Shown here one piece after another: positions 62,065-64,000 of a stretch of DNA of 64,000 nt. How positions within the stretch are numbered: the stretch's first letter is position 1; each line of letters starts with the position of its first letter. The notes under the pieces were generated by a model. The model searched no databases. It saw nothing but the letters and a program-made list of their open reading frames with translations, and was not told where the DNA came from. The position numbers and the translations under genes are program-made. This stretch comes from Nemertoderma westbladi (lineage: Eukaryota > Animalia > Xenacoelomorpha), in NCBI GenBank assembly GCA_032718475.1, contig JAUCBJ010002985.1:37533-101532 (forward strand). Direction: 5' to 3'.

Positions 62065-62508
62065 TCAAGAATCAATGATATTATCAACATATTCAACATT
62101 ATCTGTTGATTCTTCAGTTTCGACAAAGGATTCTTTTGAAATCATTACAATAAAGAAAGACATAATTTCGTAGGGGCTATGCCGATTTAGCCGTATTTCA
62201 AACTTTTCACCAGCTTCGTTGTATTGTGTAATAACAATTAACCCCTCTATCATGGATAATAGTAAGATATTGATTAATTTTCCCTCATGCTCAACTTTCA
62301 GGTTGTAATCTAAGAGATGAATACTATTATCAGAAGCATCAATATCAATTGAGCTTAAAACTTTCCTGGCTTTTTCAGAAAACTCAATTTTATATTTATC
62401 ATCTCCCCGACGGTAAATTGTATAATCAATAACAATATAGGCTTCACCATCTTCTGCAAAAAATGAATGCCTTACTATTGGCATAACCATATCGGAATCA
62501 GAAGACAT
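62065..62508 (-). CDS. Hypothetical 147-aa protein (element 2 copy)
   Basis: 4 aa differences from 266-709. Confidence 0.75.
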   Translation of the reverse strand: MSSDSDMVMPIVRHSFFAEDGEAYIVIDYTIYRRGDDKYKIEFSEKARKVLSSIDIDASDNSIHLLDYNLKVEHEGKLINILLLSMIEGLIVITQYNEAGEKFEIRLNRHSPYEIMSFFIVMISKESFVETEESTDNVEYVDNIIDS

Positions 62509-62750
62509 TATTTAATTTATTTTATTGTAAATCAAACAAACAAAGTAAAAACTTTTAAACTAAAACCATTACAAATGATTAATTGTGATTAAAGCAAGAG
62601 ATTATATATAAGATATTTTCAAAAATAATACAGGTCTTAAACTGAGAAATAGCCTAAATTCGGTTTATTGATTGGTTGATTAGCCGGTAGGGAACTACTG
62701 TATAATCAAAAATTATTTGGTTCTGCGTAATAATAATAATAATAATCACT

Positions 62751-63193
62751 AATGCTCGTATACGCGTAGCTGGAACGTGGCGGAATTTCATGTATCATAC
62801 TGGCTGGTTGGTTGGTTTGTTGGTTTGGCGACAGCAGTCGAGGAGTTGGCAATCGATATAATATAATATATAATATGCGTGATGCGTGTAGATGGCCACG
62901 TCGTTGTTGTCGTCACCATATACAGTATACAGTGGTGGTAGCATGGTGGTGGTGGTGGTAACGTGGCGAAAAGGTGAATAACATTAGGGTTAGTAGTTAG
63001 TCAGTAGTCGAGTAAGCCGGGCATCGCGAGGTTAGGCTACGCTATGATTGGTTGATGGCAACTGCCAATGGTGACATATGGCGCGCACCGCAATTTAGCA
63101 CCGGAATTTGGCATTTTTTAATTGCCTCCGAATGGAATGCCCATAGCCCAAGCTAGGGAGGACTATGAGGGGGACACTGCTTCTCCTACTACT
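62751..63193 (-). repeat. Right terminal inverted repeat of element 2
   Basis: Reverse complement of 44435-44892; ends ...CCTACTACT followed by TSD AACGGT. Confidence 0.95.
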
Positions 63194-64000
63194 AACGGTT
63201 GAAACAGAGGCACCCGTACGCTGAGCTTGCTTACTTTGTCACTCGCCCCACAATAACATAACATTTAAATAAGCAAAATTACGTTAAATATAATCAAGAA
63301 GTATATATTGATTATAAGGAAAATAAATAGTGGTTTTTTTCCCGCTGACAAAAAGGTCGTAATGAAAAGTAACATATGTCTGATAGTACCAGTAAAAAAA
63401 TACATTATTTCATCAAATTTTATTGTTAAAATGAGCTATAAGCCCGAGTTCGTGGTCATTAGATATAACTTAACGGTAAGTGAGGCGATCCACATCGATA
63501 TACTTTACTGTGCGTGATATTACATAAATGAGTCACACTGTTACACCATCCAGTAGTAACGTATAGTGTCATAATGTAGTGTCTTATCTTAATTCAGTGA
63601 CATGGACAATGGTCACCACAGCCAAATTTTTTAACAACTCTTAATTAGATTGCATGGAATTTGAAACAGATAATTTCACACTCCTACTGGGGGTGAGTCA
63701 GAATTTTTATTTTTGCTTTCAATCTTTACTGTAGCTACAGTACACGCGTTTGAAATAAGTGTCTCCTACAATGTTTCACCAGTTACACTGCAGTTATTCT
63801 TCAATCCTAAAGTGATTATTGTTAGTATTGATGGAAAGTTAGCCGTGTACGGATTCCAAATATGTAACTCAATCTAAATTTCGTCCAGAAGCCGTCCAGT
63901 ATGGCCGTTCATAGGCCTACATTGCATGGTTTTGCATTTGCGTAAGGAAGTTCGTTTTGCATATATTCTTTAGTAGAGTGTAGAGATAGAGAAATTGTGA

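Larger units (their letters stand above)
44435..63193 (-). mobile_element. Polinton/Maverick element 2, full length (18,759 bp), defective
   Basis: Starts AGTAGTAGGAGAAGC and ends GCTTCTCCTACTACT; perfect 6-bp TSD AACGGT (44429-44434 and 63194-63199); complete gene set. Confidence 0.97.

Overview
AT-rich eukaryotic (animal-type, probably invertebrate) genomic DNA, repeat-dense and heterochromatin-like. It holds two oppositely oriented Polinton/Maverick (adintovirus-like) endogenous viral elements. Element 1 runs from before base 1 to about 16.4 kb: its left TIR is cut by the window edge and no right TIR is visible. Element 2 (44435-63193, 18.76 kb) is complete, with ~450-bp TIRs starting AGTAGT and a perfect 6-bp TSD (AACGGT). 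Both carry a virion/integration arm: ORFan, RING finger, packaging ATPase, pX/gasderminX-like, a 56-aa ORF, integrase-chromodomain, two tandem pentons, cupiennin/pVI-like, major capsid, adenain protease and a DEDD-like ORF. Both also carry a convergent replication arm: PC4-like repeat protein, protein-primed PolB, and a TATA-binding-protein-like ORF overlapping the end of polB. The virion arms are nearly identical, whereas the replication arms are much more diverged, which suggests module exchange. Both elements carry inactivating lesions. Between them lie two piggyBac-type TTAA MITEs, a 23-27-bp minisatellite interrupted by an internally deleted RTE LINE, a 14.4-kb 45-bp satellite with higher-order structure, and a probable host GPI-anchored Cys-rich (Ly6/uPAR-like) gene. 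A tRNA/Nin-domain SINE is inserted in element 2. The most interesting candidate system is the PC4-like/PolB/TBP-like cassette. All homology calls are motif recognition by eye; no database search was run.
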